Assembly: GCA_046724475.1 (NCBI GenBank)
Contig: JBKOVK010000013.1
Span: 1-62,463, forward strand
Source of the DNA: Acidobacteriota bacterium
Lineage (GTDB): Bacteria; Acidobacteriota; Thermoanaerobaculia; UBA5066; Gp7-AA6
Direction of reading: 5' to 3'
Length of the DNA stretch: 62,463 nucleotides
In this document: piece by piece, positions 35,669 through 44,793 of the stretch
How the letters are laid out: every line of letters starts with the position of its first letter
Position numbering within the stretch: position 1 is the stretch's first letter
The notes under the pieces: generated by a model
Seen by the model: only the letters and a program-made list of their open reading frames with translations
Told to the model about the DNA's origin: nothing
Database searches by the model: none
Made by a program: the position numbers and the translations under genes

Positions 35669-37024
35669 TTATATAACCTGCTTTTTCTTCAGTCGGATGG
35701 ACGCTGCCAGGGCCGCCGCGCAGGCTCCGGCGAGCTCCCGGGCGTAGGTCAGGTCCGCCGGGGTGGCCCCGGTGCTGCCCGAGGACTCCGAGAGGAAGAA
35801 GGCCACCGCCTTCTCGCGCATGAGGACCGGCTGGACCAGGCACTCGGCCGGGACGCCCCCCAGAGCCCGGGTCAGATCGTCGTGGCGGGGCAGGGGAGGA
35901 AGCGCGCCGAGATAGAAGGACCGGGACAGCCGCACGTTGAGAAAGATCGACGGCTCCGACCAGGGAATCTCGAGCTCCTTGAGCGCTTCGGCATCCACGT
36001 CGGGACCGCCTCCGGACCAGCCCGCGACGCCTTCGGGCCTCGCGAGGAAAACGGCATTTCGCACGAAGCGCCGATTGAGAGCCGACAGCGCCGCATCGAG
36101 GATCCCGTCCCGGCCTTTGCTCGACGCGGCCAGGATTCCCTTGAAGTCGGAGGCCTCCGGCATCCCGGGCATGGCGGAGGGCCGGGGCGCCGCTGTCGGG
36201 TTGGCGGTCGTCTCGCGCCAGGCCGGAGGCCTCGGCGCTTTGGGGGGAGGCGCAGAGGGAGGCGGCGCGGCCACCGGCGGCGGCGCCGGACGAGGCTCTT
36301 CGCGCCTGGGAGGACGCGACGCCGCGGAAGGAACCTCTTCCCACGCAATCGATTCGGCCTCGGCTTCGATTTCCTCGGGCGGAGGCGGCAGGCCGCCCCA
36401 GCCGACCGGAGGCTCGTCGGGAATCTTCCAGTTCGAGATCGCCGGGCGATCGTCCGCATCTGATCCGAACCGCGGTTCGCCCGGCAGGAAGGGCGTGTCG
36501 GCCGAGAAGTCGGGCGGAGGAGGCAGATTCTTTCGAATCACGGACGGAGCCGTAGGGCGCGAGAGCTTCTCCGCCAGGATGGCGAACCGCGGCGTCCGAC
36601 GCTCGCCGTAGTACTTCTCGAGCGCCTGGTACAGGCGCACCTCGGGAGCCACCGCCGGCACGATCTTCTTGCCGGTGACGAAGAAGAGCTCGTCGAGGAT
36701 CCGCAGGTTCGCCGGGTCCCGCAGGGCGACGCGGATGAAACCCTCGCCCAGCTCGACTGGGACCGCGGAGTGGCGAATCGCGAATTTCGCGGGAAGCGTG
36801 GCCGTGACGGCCGCCGGCAGCGTCGAGAGCGTCTTCCACGGAATGTAGAGGCAGCCATGCTGCTCGGCCAGAGCCTTCCCGATGTCGTCCTCGGAGGCCG
36901 AGCCCCGCTCGATCAAGAGCGTGCCGATCCGGCCGCCGGCAAAGCTCTGGACGGCGAGAGCACGGTTGACGCTCTCCTCCGTGACGGCGCCGCAGCGCAC
37001 GAGAAGGACCCCCAGTCGCGGCAT
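35669..37024 (-). CDS. ATPase-less MshEN/T2SSE_N-domain protein with Pro-rich linker and GAF-like C-terminal domain (paralog B)
   Basis: ATG 37024 (AAGGGA upstream), 451 aa. MPRLGVLLVRCGAVTEESVNRALAVQ...RIGTLLIERGSASEDDIGKALAEQ...AVPVELGEGFIRVALRDPANLRILDELFFVTGKKIVPAVAPEVRLYQALEKYYG. The C-terminus ...LVQPVLMREKAVAFFLSESSG...ELAGACAAAL. Same plan as paralog A. Confidence 0.7.
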   Translation of the reverse strand: MPRLGVLLVRCGAVTEESVNRALAVQSFAGGRIGTLLIERGSASEDDIGKALAEQHGCLYIPWKTLSTLPAAVTATLPAKFAIRHSAVPVELGEGFIRVALRDPANLRILDELFFVTGKKIVPAVAPEVRLYQALEKYYGERRTPRFAILAEKLSRPTAPSVIRKNLPPPPDFSADTPFLPGEPRFGSDADDRPAISNWKIPDEPPVGWGGLPPPPEEIEAEAESIAWEEVPSAASRPPRREEPRPAPPPVAAPPPSAPPPKAPRPPAWRETTANPTAAPRPSAMPGMPEASDFKGILAASSKGRDGILDAALSALNRRFVRNAVFLARPEGVAGWSGGGPDVDAEALKELEIPWSEPSIFLNVRLSRSFYLGALPPLPRHDDLTRALGGVPAECLVQPVLMREKAVAFFLSESSGSTGATPADLTYARELAGACAAALAASIRLKKKQVI

Positions 37025-37035
37025 GAATCCCTTGA

Positions 37036-37878
37036 TTATCGCGTACCCGGAGAGGCGAGGAGGCGCTCGTCGCCCGGGGCCGTCTTCTCCCAGTAGCGGG
37101 AGCGCAGCGAGGTCTGGAGCTTGAGGGTGCCGCCGTCGCTGCGTTCCCACAGAGCGAGCCGGTGGGGAAAGGCCCTCTCGAACTCGAACGTGTCGCGCCG
37201 GTCGCCGCGGGAGAGCCGGACGCGATAGACGCCGGCCGCCACGCCGGGACGCTCCACCTCGAGAATCGCGTCGTCGACGGGCGGAACCGCGGGTTTGGAG
37301 CCGAAGACCGAGTCGACCACCCGCAGCCGGCCGGAGCGTGTCCGCTCGAAGTCGAGGCTTCGCAGCTCCAGCGGGAGCGCGTCGTAGAAGACGGCCTCGC
37401 GCGGATCGAGCGGTGCGTCCACGTCTCCCGGAGTTTCGAAGTACGACCGGATGGCCATCGTGCCGGTGTCCGATCGCCATTCCACGAAGCTGTTGCCGCA
37501 CCATTCGTGGCTCGTCATCGTGAGCTTGACCGGAGAGAGCCGGTCGGCGTCGGCGAAAAACGACAGCATCTGCTGGTACGTGTACAGCCCGCTCGGAATC
37601 GAGCGGACGTGATTGAACTTCAGAACGCGCCGGCTCTTCGCGCGGGCCGGGTCGTCGGCTTTCACCAGGCGGTCGGCGAGAAGGTCCTCGGCCACGACGA
37701 TGAGAACGGCGCGCGAGGTGCGCAGTCGCCCCTCTCGCTTGTCGGTGGCCTCGTAGACGGACACCTCGGCCTGGCCGTCGTTCCACAGCGCTTCACGGCC
37801 GAATCCCGCCTTCCACACCACTTTTTCTCCGGCTGGGGCCGCGGCAAGGGCGGCGAGCAGCAGGAGTCGAGCGGACAT
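37036..37878 (-). CDS. exported hypothetical protein (280 aa)
   Basis: GAGGAGG SD. Signal peptide MSARLLLLAALAAAPAG. No family recognised. Lies 11 nt upstream of paralog B on the same strand. Confidence 0.6.
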   Translation of the reverse strand: MSARLLLLAALAAAPAGEKVVWKAGFGREALWNDGQAEVSVYEATDKREGRLRTSRAVLIVVAEDLLADRLVKADDPARAKSRRVLKFNHVRSIPSGLYTYQQMLSFFADADRLSPVKLTMTSHEWCGNSFVEWRSDTGTMAIRSYFETPGDVDAPLDPREAVFYDALPLELRSLDFERTRSGRLRVVDSVFGSKPAVPPVDDAILEVERPGVAAGVYRVRLSRGDRRDTFEFERAFPHRLALWERSDGGTLKLQTSLRSRYWEKTAPGDERLLASPGTR

Positions 37879-37933
37879 CGGGACCTCCTCGCCGGCGGCC
37901 CCGGCGATGGCTCGAGCATACTCCGACGCCCCG

Positions 37934-37942
37934 TGCTAGATT
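37934..37942 (+). promoter_or_regulatory. candidate extended -10 element TGCTAGATT for the TPR/LolB-like/ispE/spoVG operon
   Basis: TGnTAnnnT format, 6 nt before the GTG start at 37949, with no SD in between. A pattern call only. Confidence 0.35.
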
Positions 37943-37948
37943 GCTGAG

Positions 37949-39847
37949 GTGAAGCGCGCCGCTTTTTTTGCCGCGCTGCTCCTCGCCGGGACCTTCGCGG
38001 CCGGGGGCGGCGACCTCGCCGAGAGCCGCAAGACCTTTCTCGCCGCGCGAACGGCCGTCGCCGAGGGCCGCTATCAGGAAGCGCTGGCCCTCTACCGCAA
38101 GGTCCTCGAGAAGATGCCGGCCGACCCGGTGGTCCACTTCGAGTACGCGCTCCTGCTTCGGGACCTCAACGTCGCCGAGCAGGCCGAGTCGGAAGCGCGC
38201 GAAGCGGTCCGGCTGGACCCCGACCTCGCCGAAGCTCAGAAGCTTCTGGGCTCGATGGAGCTCGCCGGGGCCGAGTCGGATCCCAAGCGCCTCAACGCGG
38301 CGATCGAGCACCTCTCGGCGGCCCGCCGTCTCGCGCCGGCCGACGTCGGAACCGCCGTGGGCCTGGCGCGGGCGCTCCTGGCGGCAGACCGCGCCGCGGA
38401 AGCGGCGGCGGTTCTGGATGAGCTGCCGGAGCTGGCGGGCCAGCCCTCCGTCCAGCGTCTGACCGCCGAGGCCAAGGCCAAGAGCGGCCAGTCCAAGGAA
38501 GCCGAGGCAATCTACCGGGAGCTCTGGCGCGCCGATCCGTCGGATCGCGAGATCGCGGCGGCGCTGATCGACCTCTATGAGGACGAGGACAAGATGGAGG
38601 AGGCGCTCACCGTGCTGGCAACTCTCGAGCGCCGCGATCCGTCAAACAGCGCCGTCACGGAGAGGATCGTCCTCGATCTCGCGCGCGCCGGACGCTTCGC
38701 CGAGGCCGAGAAGCGAGCCCGTGAGCTCACGGCGAATCGTCCGGAGAACCGCGCCGGCCAGCGGCTCCTCGCGACGGTGCTCTTCGAGCGCGGCCAAACG
38801 CAAGAGGGCGAGAAGGTGCTGCGCGCGCTGATCGAGGCAGACCCGGACGACCTGATCTCGCGGCGGGCCCTCGCATCCGAGCTCGTGCGCGAGCGCCGGT
38901 TCGACGAAGCCAAGACGATGTACGAAGAGATCGGAAAAGCGGCCGGCGACGATCCCCGCCGTGCGGACGCCCGCGTCGCCTCGACCGTCGAGCTCGGATT
39001 CATCGCGTACCTGCAGAAGGACTGGGCGAAGGCGCGTGAGATCCTCGGGCCGGCCGCTCTCGCGGACGGGAAGGTGCAGGGGCGGGCGGCGCGGATCCTG
39101 CTCGCCGCCGACCGCGACGGAGAGGACTTCAACGACGGTCTGACGCGCGCCCGGGCGTACGCGGCGGCCGATCCCAACGATCCCGAATGGACCGCCGCGG
39201 CCGCCGAGTTTGCGGTGCGGACCGGACAGAAGGCGGAAGGCGAGAAGCAGCTCGACGCTCTCGGCGCTTCCGGCGACATCGAGAAGATGATGGCCGCGGC
39301 CGACGCCTACGGAAGACTCAAGAACTACGAGGCCGCCGTACGCATCGCGCGTGCGGCCGTCGCCCTGCGACCCGAGAATGCCGAAGCCAAGTTCCGCCTC
39401 GCGTCGAGCCTCGAGCGGGGAGGCAACCCGGCGGAAGCCGAGAAGGTCTTCCTCGAGCTTCTGACGCAGCGCCCCAACGACGCGGCGTCGCAGAACTACC
39501 TGGGTTACATGTGGGCGGACCAGGGCGTCCAGCTCGAGCGCGCCCGCGAGCTCCTCGAAAAGGCCGTGGCGCGAGAACCCCGCAACGCGGCGTACCTAGA
39601 CTCGCTCGGCTGGCTCTACTTCCGCATGGGCAAGCTGGACTCGGCCGAGAAGAACCTGCGCGAGGCGGCGCGCCGCGAGCCGTCGGATCCCACGATCTCC
39701 GAGCACCTCGGCGACCTCGACATGAAGAACGGCGATCTCGAAGGCGCGGTGCGGCAGTGGGAAAAGGCGCTGGAGCTGAAATCCGAGGACGCCGATCGCG
39801 TCCGGGAGAAGCTCCGCCGCGCGCGCGAGCCCGTCTCGAAGCGTTGA
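37949..39847 (+). CDS. exported tetratricopeptide (TPR) repeat protein
   Basis: 632 aa. Signal peptide MKRAAFFAALLLAGTFAAG. Many 34-aa A/L/Y-rich TPR units (e.g. AASQNYLGYMWADQGVQLERARELLEKAVAREPRNAAYLDSLGWLYFRMGKLDSAEKNLREA). Confidence 0.85.
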   Translation: MKRAAFFAALLLAGTFAAGGGDLAESRKTFLAARTAVAEGRYQEALALYRKVLEKMPADPVVHFEYALLLRDLNVAEQAESEAREAVRLDPDLAEAQKLLGSMELAGAESDPKRLNAAIEHLSAARRLAPADVGTAVGLARALLAADRAAEAAAVLDELPELAGQPSVQRLTAEAKAKSGQSKEAEAIYRELWRADPSDREIAAALIDLYEDEDKMEEALTVLATLERRDPSNSAVTERIVLDLARAGRFAEAEKRARELTANRPENRAGQRLLATVLFERGQTQEGEKVLRALIEADPDDLISRRALASELVRERRFDEAKTMYEEIGKAAGDDPRRADARVASTVELGFIAYLQKDWAKAREILGPAALADGKVQGRAARILLAADRDGEDFNDGLTRARAYAAADPNDPEWTAAAAEFAVRTGQKAEGEKQLDALGASGDIEKMMAAADAYGRLKNYEAAVRIARAAVALRPENAEAKFRLASSLERGGNPAEAEKVFLELLTQRPNDAASQNYLGYMWADQGVQLERARELLEKAVAREPRNAAYLDSLGWLYFRMGKLDSAEKNLREAARREPSDPTISEHLGDLDMKNGDLEGAVRQWEKALELKSEDADRVREKLRRAREPVSKR

Positions 39848-40515
39848 GCCGGCGCGACCTCCTCCGTCTCGCTTCGCCCCTTCTCTCTCTGACCCTGGCC
39901 GCCTGCGCAACGCGCGGAGCCACCCGGCACTTTTCTCCCGCGACGGAAGCCGTTTCCCGCGAGGCGCTGGACGCCTGGGGCGCGATTCGCGAGCGCGCCG
40001 GACGGCTTCCATCCTCCCGGCTCCTCTACGATGCGAAGATGGGCCGCGGTTCCGTCGCCGCGGTTCCCGGAAGCCTCGCCGTGACCTACACCGACGGTGA
40101 GGTGAAGCGGGCGTCGCTGACCGGGCCGTTCGGCAGCCACATCGCCGACTACGCCGGAGGGACCGTCACCGGCGAGGACCGCAAGGCCTTCGTCGTGGAC
40201 CCGGAGGCTCTGCGCTCGGTGCTGGCCGGGACGTGGCCGGGCACGCCCAGCACTGTGGCCGGCTGCGACGGCGATTCGTGCCTCCTCGTCTGGGACGGGC
40301 CTCCCCGGGTCTCGGCCGTCGTGGACCGGATCGCGCGCCAGACGCGCGAGCTCTCGCTCGAGGGCGACGCCGGCAAGCTCGTGGCGGCCTATTCGGGTTC
40401 CGCGTCTCCGTGGCCCGAGCGGATCGGGATCCGCGAAGAGCGCTCGGATCGCACGCTGGCCCTGAAGTTGATCGCCGTCGAGCCTCAGGTTTCGGCTCCG
40501 TCTCCGGGCCGATGA
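39844..40515 (+). CDS. lipoprotein, LolB-like by position (upstream of ispE)
   Basis: TTG 39844 (TTGA overlap with the TPR stop). Lipobox LSLTLAA/C, 223 aa. Function is inferred only from the conserved lolB-ispE-prs type synteny and the size; homology was not verifiable by eye. Confidence 0.5.
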   Translation: MSRRDLLRLASPLLSLTLAACATRGATRHFSPATEAVSREALDAWGAIRERAGRLPSSRLLYDAKMGRGSVAAVPGSLAVTYTDGEVKRASLTGPFGSHIADYAGGTVTGEDRKAFVVDPEALRSVLAGTWPGTPSTVAGCDGDSCLLVWDGPPRVSAVVDRIARQTRELSLEGDAGKLVAAYSGSASPWPERIGIREERSDRTLALKLIAVEPQVSAPSPGR

Positions 40516-41372
40516 GGCTGACGGCCCTCGCTCCGGCCAAGATCAACCGCGAGCTGCGGGTCGGTGGGCTGCGCCCCGACGGTTACCACGAGATCCGCTC
40601 GCGCATGGTTTCGATCGATCTCGCCGATCGCTTGACCGTCGCCTCGTCGGACTCCCTCGAGCTCGTCTGCGACGTCCCGTCGGTTCCGTCGGGAGAGGAG
40701 AACCTCGTCGTCAAGGCGGCGCGGCTACTCGCCGAAGACGCCGGAGTCCCGGCGCGGGCCCGGCTGATTCTCGAGAAGAGAGTCCCCATGGGAGGCGGCC
40801 TCGGGGGAGGCAGCGCGGATGCCGCCATCGCGCTGCGCCTGCTCGCGCGGCTGTGGGAAATCCCCGAGGATCCGGGCCGCATCGAGGCGCTCGCGGCGCG
40901 CCTGGGCAGCGACGTGCCTTTCTTCCTGACCGGCGGCGAGGCCGAGGTGACCGGCCGCGGAGAAGTCGTGAAACCCGTCGAGGACAGCGCGCCGGCCGAC
41001 CTCGTGCTGCTCGTTCCGCCCTTCGGCGTTTCGACGGCGGCCGTCTATCGGGAATTTTCGGGGCAAGGCAAGCTGCCGGAACGGCTCGAGATCGACCTCC
41101 CCGGGCGCCGGGCGTTCCTCGGCCCCAACGATTTGGCACCCTCCGTGCTAGTAACAGAACCGAGGATGGCGAACTACGTCCGATCCGCCGCGGCCCTGAC
41201 CACCGACACGGCGATCAGCGGTTCCGGGGGGACGATCGTCCTGCACGGCGCGCCGGCCGACGCTGTCGCGCGACTCTCGGCGAGACATCCGGAGGCCCTC
41301 GTCGCAACGTGCCGCACGCTCTCTCGCTCGGACTATCGCCGCCACAGCGAACCTGTGAGAGGCACTCCATGA
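40512..41372 (+). CDS. ispE: 4-diphosphocytidyl-2-C-methyl-D-erythritol kinase
   Basis: ATG 40512 (ATGA overlap), 286 aa. APAKINRELRV...RPDGYHEIRS...ENLVVKAARLL...KRVPMGGGLGGGSADAA...LGSDVPFFL. Confidence 0.92.
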   Translation: MRLTALAPAKINRELRVGGLRPDGYHEIRSRMVSIDLADRLTVASSDSLELVCDVPSVPSGEENLVVKAARLLAEDAGVPARARLILEKRVPMGGGLGGGSADAAIALRLLARLWEIPEDPGRIEALAARLGSDVPFFLTGGEAEVTGRGEVVKPVEDSAPADLVLLVPPFGVSTAAVYREFSGQGKLPERLEIDLPGRRAFLGPNDLAPSVLVTEPRMANYVRSAAALTTDTAISGSGGTIVLHGAPADAVARLSARHPEALVATCRTLSRSDYRRHSEPVRGTP

Positions 41373-41707
41373 ACATCACGCAAGTCAAGGTGTTTCCCGT
41401 CGAAGAGGAGAAGCTCAAGGCGTACGTCTCGATCGTGCTCGACGATTGCTTCCTTGTCTCCGACCTGAAGGTGATCCAGGGCCCCAACGGCCTGTTCATC
41501 TCGATGCCGTCGAAGAGAAAGAAGAACGGCGAGTTCAAGGACGTCGCCCATCCGTTGAATCGAGAGACCCGCGAGCGCATGGAGCGCCGCATCCTCGAGG
41601 AGTACGACAAAGTCAAAGCGGCCGGGCCCGCTCCCGCGGCCCGTTCCGCAGCCGCTCCTCAGGAAAGCCGCCTTCCCGACGCAGAGCCCAACGACTCGGC
41701 GCGGTAA
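41369..41707 (+). CDS. spoVG: SpoVG family protein
   Basis: ATG 41369 (ATGA overlap with ispE), 112 aa. MNITQVKVFPVEEEKLKAYVSIVLDDCFLVSDLKVIQGPNGLFISMPSKRKKNGEFKDVAHPLNRETRE. Confidence 0.92.
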   Translation: MNITQVKVFPVEEEKLKAYVSIVLDDCFLVSDLKVIQGPNGLFISMPSKRKKNGEFKDVAHPLNRETRERMERRILEEYDKVKAAGPAPAARSAAAPQESRLPDAEPNDSAR

Positions 41708-41718
41708 AATCGTGGCAC

Positions 41719-41794
41719 TGGGGCGTCGCCAAATTGGTAAGGCACCGGCCTTTGGAGCCGGCATTTCTAGGTTCGAGTCCTAGCGCCCCAGCCA
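41719..41794 (+). tRNA. tRNA-Gln (anticodon UUG), CCA encoded
   Basis: tggggcgtcgccaaattggtaaggcaccggcctttggagccggcatttctaggttcgagtcctagcgccccagcca. Acceptor tggggcg/cgcccca, anticodon stem ccggc/gccgg, loop cuUUGga, T-loop ttcgagt. Confidence 0.92.
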
Positions 41795-41810
41795 GGAGCT
41801 ACCCGGGAGC

Positions 41811-43196
41811 ATGAAGCTCGCCACGCTCGCTCTCCTCCGGTGCAAGTTCTGCGGAGGAACCCTCCAGCCCGCACGGCGAATCCCGGAGTCCGGAGACGAG
41901 ATCGAGTCGGGCACTCTGCGTTGCGTCTGCGGCGAGATCCCGGTGCTCGGTGGAATCCCGATCTGCCGACGGGGGGGTCGGGTCGACCGGATGAAGCAGA
42001 CCTCGGATGCGGCGTCGAGCCCGGGACCGGAAGTGCGCCGCCTCCTGAACCTGATCGAGTCGGGTCGCAGCGAAGAGGCCCTGGGGCTCGTGCTCATGCC
42101 GCCCGGGCGCTGGGTTCGCCGGCAGAACCTGATCGCCGAGATCCTGCCGCGATGGCCGCGAGACCGCCTGCGGCGGATCGCCGAAGACTCCTGGACCCGA
42201 CAGGCGGCCCGCGAGGCGGCCGGTTTCGTCTCGCCGTCGTCGACCATGACGGTGCGCGAGGTGTTCGAGCGCTACTACAGCGGAGACCGTCGGAGCGAGC
42301 TGCGCCACCATTTCTTTCACCGGTTCGCGCAGCCGCGCCACTTGACGAGTCTCTCGCTGGCGACGCTGCTCTGGGACGACGCGGGTCCGGGTCTCGATCT
42401 CGCGTGCGGATTCGGCCACGCGCTGCATATCCTGACCCTGCGCGCGCCCGGCCGAACCTGGATCGGGCTCGACCGAAACTTCTTCAGCCTCTACGTCGCC
42501 CGGCGTTGGGTGGCCCCGCGGGCCGAGTACGTCTGCGCCGAAGCGGACGGCGCGTTTCCGTTCTCGACCGGCGCCTTTTCGGGCGTCCTTTGCGCGGACG
42601 CGTTTCACAACTTTCTTCGCAAGTGCACGTGCGCCGAAGAGCTGCGTCGCGTGACGACCGACGACGGGACGATCGTCCTGTCGAGAGTGGGCAACGCCCT
42701 TCAAGAGCCTCGGGAAGGTTTCGAGCTGCCGCCCGACGCCTATCGGGCGCTCTTTCCCGGCGAGGCCTGTCGACTCGTCGCCGACCGGGAGCTTCTCGAT
42801 CGGTACCTCTCGGGTCGTGGACCCGACTTGAGCCGCGATACGCGCCCCGGCGTTCTGGCCGAGGAGAAGTGGATCTCGCTGGTCGTGAGCCGGAACCCGG
42901 GGGTATTCCGCGACCACGGACCGCTGGAAAGCTGGCCGCACGGTCTCGGGAAGCGCGCGCGGAATCCGTTGTACGTCGCCAATGGGCCGACAGCCGGAAG
43001 GGAAAACGGGTTCACGCTGACGATGCCTTCCGAATGGTTTGAGTTCGAGAACGGCGGGTGCCGCGTCTACATGCCCGAGCACGTCACGCTCGACGACCGC
43101 GCCGAGTCGGACCTGAATTCCGGGAAGGACTCGGCCGAAATCGAAGAGCTCGTGCGCCGCTGCGTCGTGCTCGGATTTCCGGAAAAATACCTCTAA
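41811..43196 (+). CDS. class I SAM-dependent methyltransferase-like protein with an N-terminal Trm112-like Cys4 zinc ribbon
   Basis: 461 aa. LLRCKFCGG...LRCVCGEIPVLGGIP (CxxC...CxC ribbon). SAM motif I GLDLACGFGHAL and FPFSTGAFSGVLCADAFHNF. Confidence 0.65.
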   Translation: MKLATLALLRCKFCGGTLQPARRIPESGDEIESGTLRCVCGEIPVLGGIPICRRGGRVDRMKQTSDAASSPGPEVRRLLNLIESGRSEEALGLVLMPPGRWVRRQNLIAEILPRWPRDRLRRIAEDSWTRQAAREAAGFVSPSSTMTVREVFERYYSGDRRSELRHHFFHRFAQPRHLTSLSLATLLWDDAGPGLDLACGFGHALHILTLRAPGRTWIGLDRNFFSLYVARRWVAPRAEYVCAEADGAFPFSTGAFSGVLCADAFHNFLRKCTCAEELRRVTTDDGTIVLSRVGNALQEPREGFELPPDAYRALFPGEACRLVADRELLDRYLSGRGPDLSRDTRPGVLAEEKWISLVVSRNPGVFRDHGPLESWPHGLGKRARNPLYVANGPTAGRENGFTLTMPSEWFEFENGGCRVYMPEHVTLDDRAESDLNSGKDSAEIEELVRRCVVLGFPEKYL

Positions 43197-43224
43197 GCTC
43201 CCGGCATCGACCACGTCTTAACGC

Positions 43225-44793
43225 ATGAGTCAGTTCGAGGCGATCCTCGGAATCCTTCTCGTCGCGGTTCTGCTCGCGGCGGTGGCGCGCCGCGTGGGGG
43301 CGCCGTATCCGGCGTTCCTGGCGCTCGGGGGGGCGGTGCTGGCGTTTCTCCCGGGAATGCCGACCCTCTCGATCCAACCCGAGGTCGCGCTGGCGCTGTT
43401 CGTTGCGCCGGTTCTGCTGGACGCGGCCTACGACACGTCTCCGCGAGACTTGAGAGACCACTGGGCTCCAGTCACGAGCCTCGCGGTCGTCAGCGTCGTC
43501 CTGACCACGGTCGCCGTCGCCCTGGTTGCGCGCACTCTCGTCCCGGAGATGCCCATGGCTGCGGCCGTCGCGCTCGGCGCGATCGTGTCTCCGCCCGACG
43601 CCGCCGCCGCCATCGCGGTCCTCCGACAGCTCAGACCGCCGCATCGCATCCTGACGATCCTCTCCGGCGAAAGCCTTCTCAACGACGCGACGGCTCTGTT
43701 GATCTACCGGCTGGCGATTGGAGCCGTCGCGGCGAGCGCGTTCTCGATCGGCTCGGTGGCACCAACGCTGCTTCTGGTCGTCGCGGGGAGCGTCCTGCTC
43801 GGCGTGGCGATCGCGCCGCTCGTGCTGCGCATGACCCGAAGCGTGCGCGATGCGCCGACGGCGATCATTTTCCAGTTCATCTTCACCTTCGGCGTCTGGA
43901 TCCTTGCCGATCGACTGGGACTCTCGAGCGTCCTGGCGATGGTGAGCTTCGCCATCGCGGTCGCTCGCCGGGCCCCGGAGAGCACGCCGGCGCGCATCCG
44001 CCTTCCGTCCTACGCCGTCTGGGACACGGCGGTGTTCGTTCTGAACGTGCTGGCGTTCGTGTTCATCGGTCTGCAGATCCGCCCGATCCTGGCGAGCCTC
44101 GAGCCTGGAATTCGCAAGCACTACCTTTTCGTCGCAGGCGCGGTTCTCTTGACGGTCATCGTGGTGCGGATCGCGTGGGTGATGCTCCACGTGAGCGTCG
44201 CCCTCTGGAGGATCCGCCGGTTCGGTTTCCATCCCCGCCGTCCGATCCAGCCGCCGACGCGCGAGGGCGGCATTGTGATCTCGTGGGCCGGCATGCGCGG
44301 GATCATCACTCTCGCCGCCGCGCTCGCCATCCCCGAGACGATCCATGGCGAGCCGTTTCCCTTCCGCGGACTGATCGTCCTGACGGCGTTCTCGGTGGTG
44401 CTCGGGACCCTCGTGCTGCAGGGGCTGACGCTGCGTCCGCTGATCCAGGCGCTCCACCTTAAGGACGACGATCCGGTCGGGCGGGAGGTCGAGGAGGCCC
44501 GGAAGCGAGCCCTCGCCGCTGCGCTCTCCAGTTTCGAGGGAGACACCTCTCCCGCTGCGGAGGCCGTCCGCCAGGAATTCACGAGCCATTTGGGGCGCGC
44601 GGGTGTCGATGCGAGCGCTCGAGAGGAGTCCCACCAGGACATTCACCGGCGCGCACTGGACGCCGCTCGGCGCGTGGTCTTCGACATGCGGGCCCGCGAC
44701 GAAATCGGAGATGACGCCTTCCATCTCCTGGAGGAAGAATTCGACCGGGTCGAGATGGGAAGCGGAGCGCGCGCCGACGCGGAGCCGGCCTAG
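43225..44793 (+). CDS. CPA1-family Na+/H+ antiporter (NhaP-type)
   Basis: 522 aa. ...ALGAIVSPPDAAAAIAVLRQLRPPHRILTILSGESLLNDATALLIYRLA...WAGMRGIITLAAAL are typical Na+/H+ exchanger motifs. Soluble C-terminal tail. Confidence 0.88.
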   Translation: MSQFEAILGILLVAVLLAAVARRVGAPYPAFLALGGAVLAFLPGMPTLSIQPEVALALFVAPVLLDAAYDTSPRDLRDHWAPVTSLAVVSVVLTTVAVALVARTLVPEMPMAAAVALGAIVSPPDAAAAIAVLRQLRPPHRILTILSGESLLNDATALLIYRLAIGAVAASAFSIGSVAPTLLLVVAGSVLLGVAIAPLVLRMTRSVRDAPTAIIFQFIFTFGVWILADRLGLSSVLAMVSFAIAVARRAPESTPARIRLPSYAVWDTAVFVLNVLAFVFIGLQIRPILASLEPGIRKHYLFVAGAVLLTVIVVRIAWVMLHVSVALWRIRRFGFHPRRPIQPPTREGGIVISWAGMRGIITLAAALAIPETIHGEPFPFRGLIVLTAFSVVLGTLVLQGLTLRPLIQALHLKDDDPVGREVEEARKRALAAALSSFEGDTSPAAEAVRQEFTSHLGRAGVDASAREESHQDIHRRALDAARRVVFDMRARDEIGDDAFHLLEEEFDRVEMGSGARADAEPA

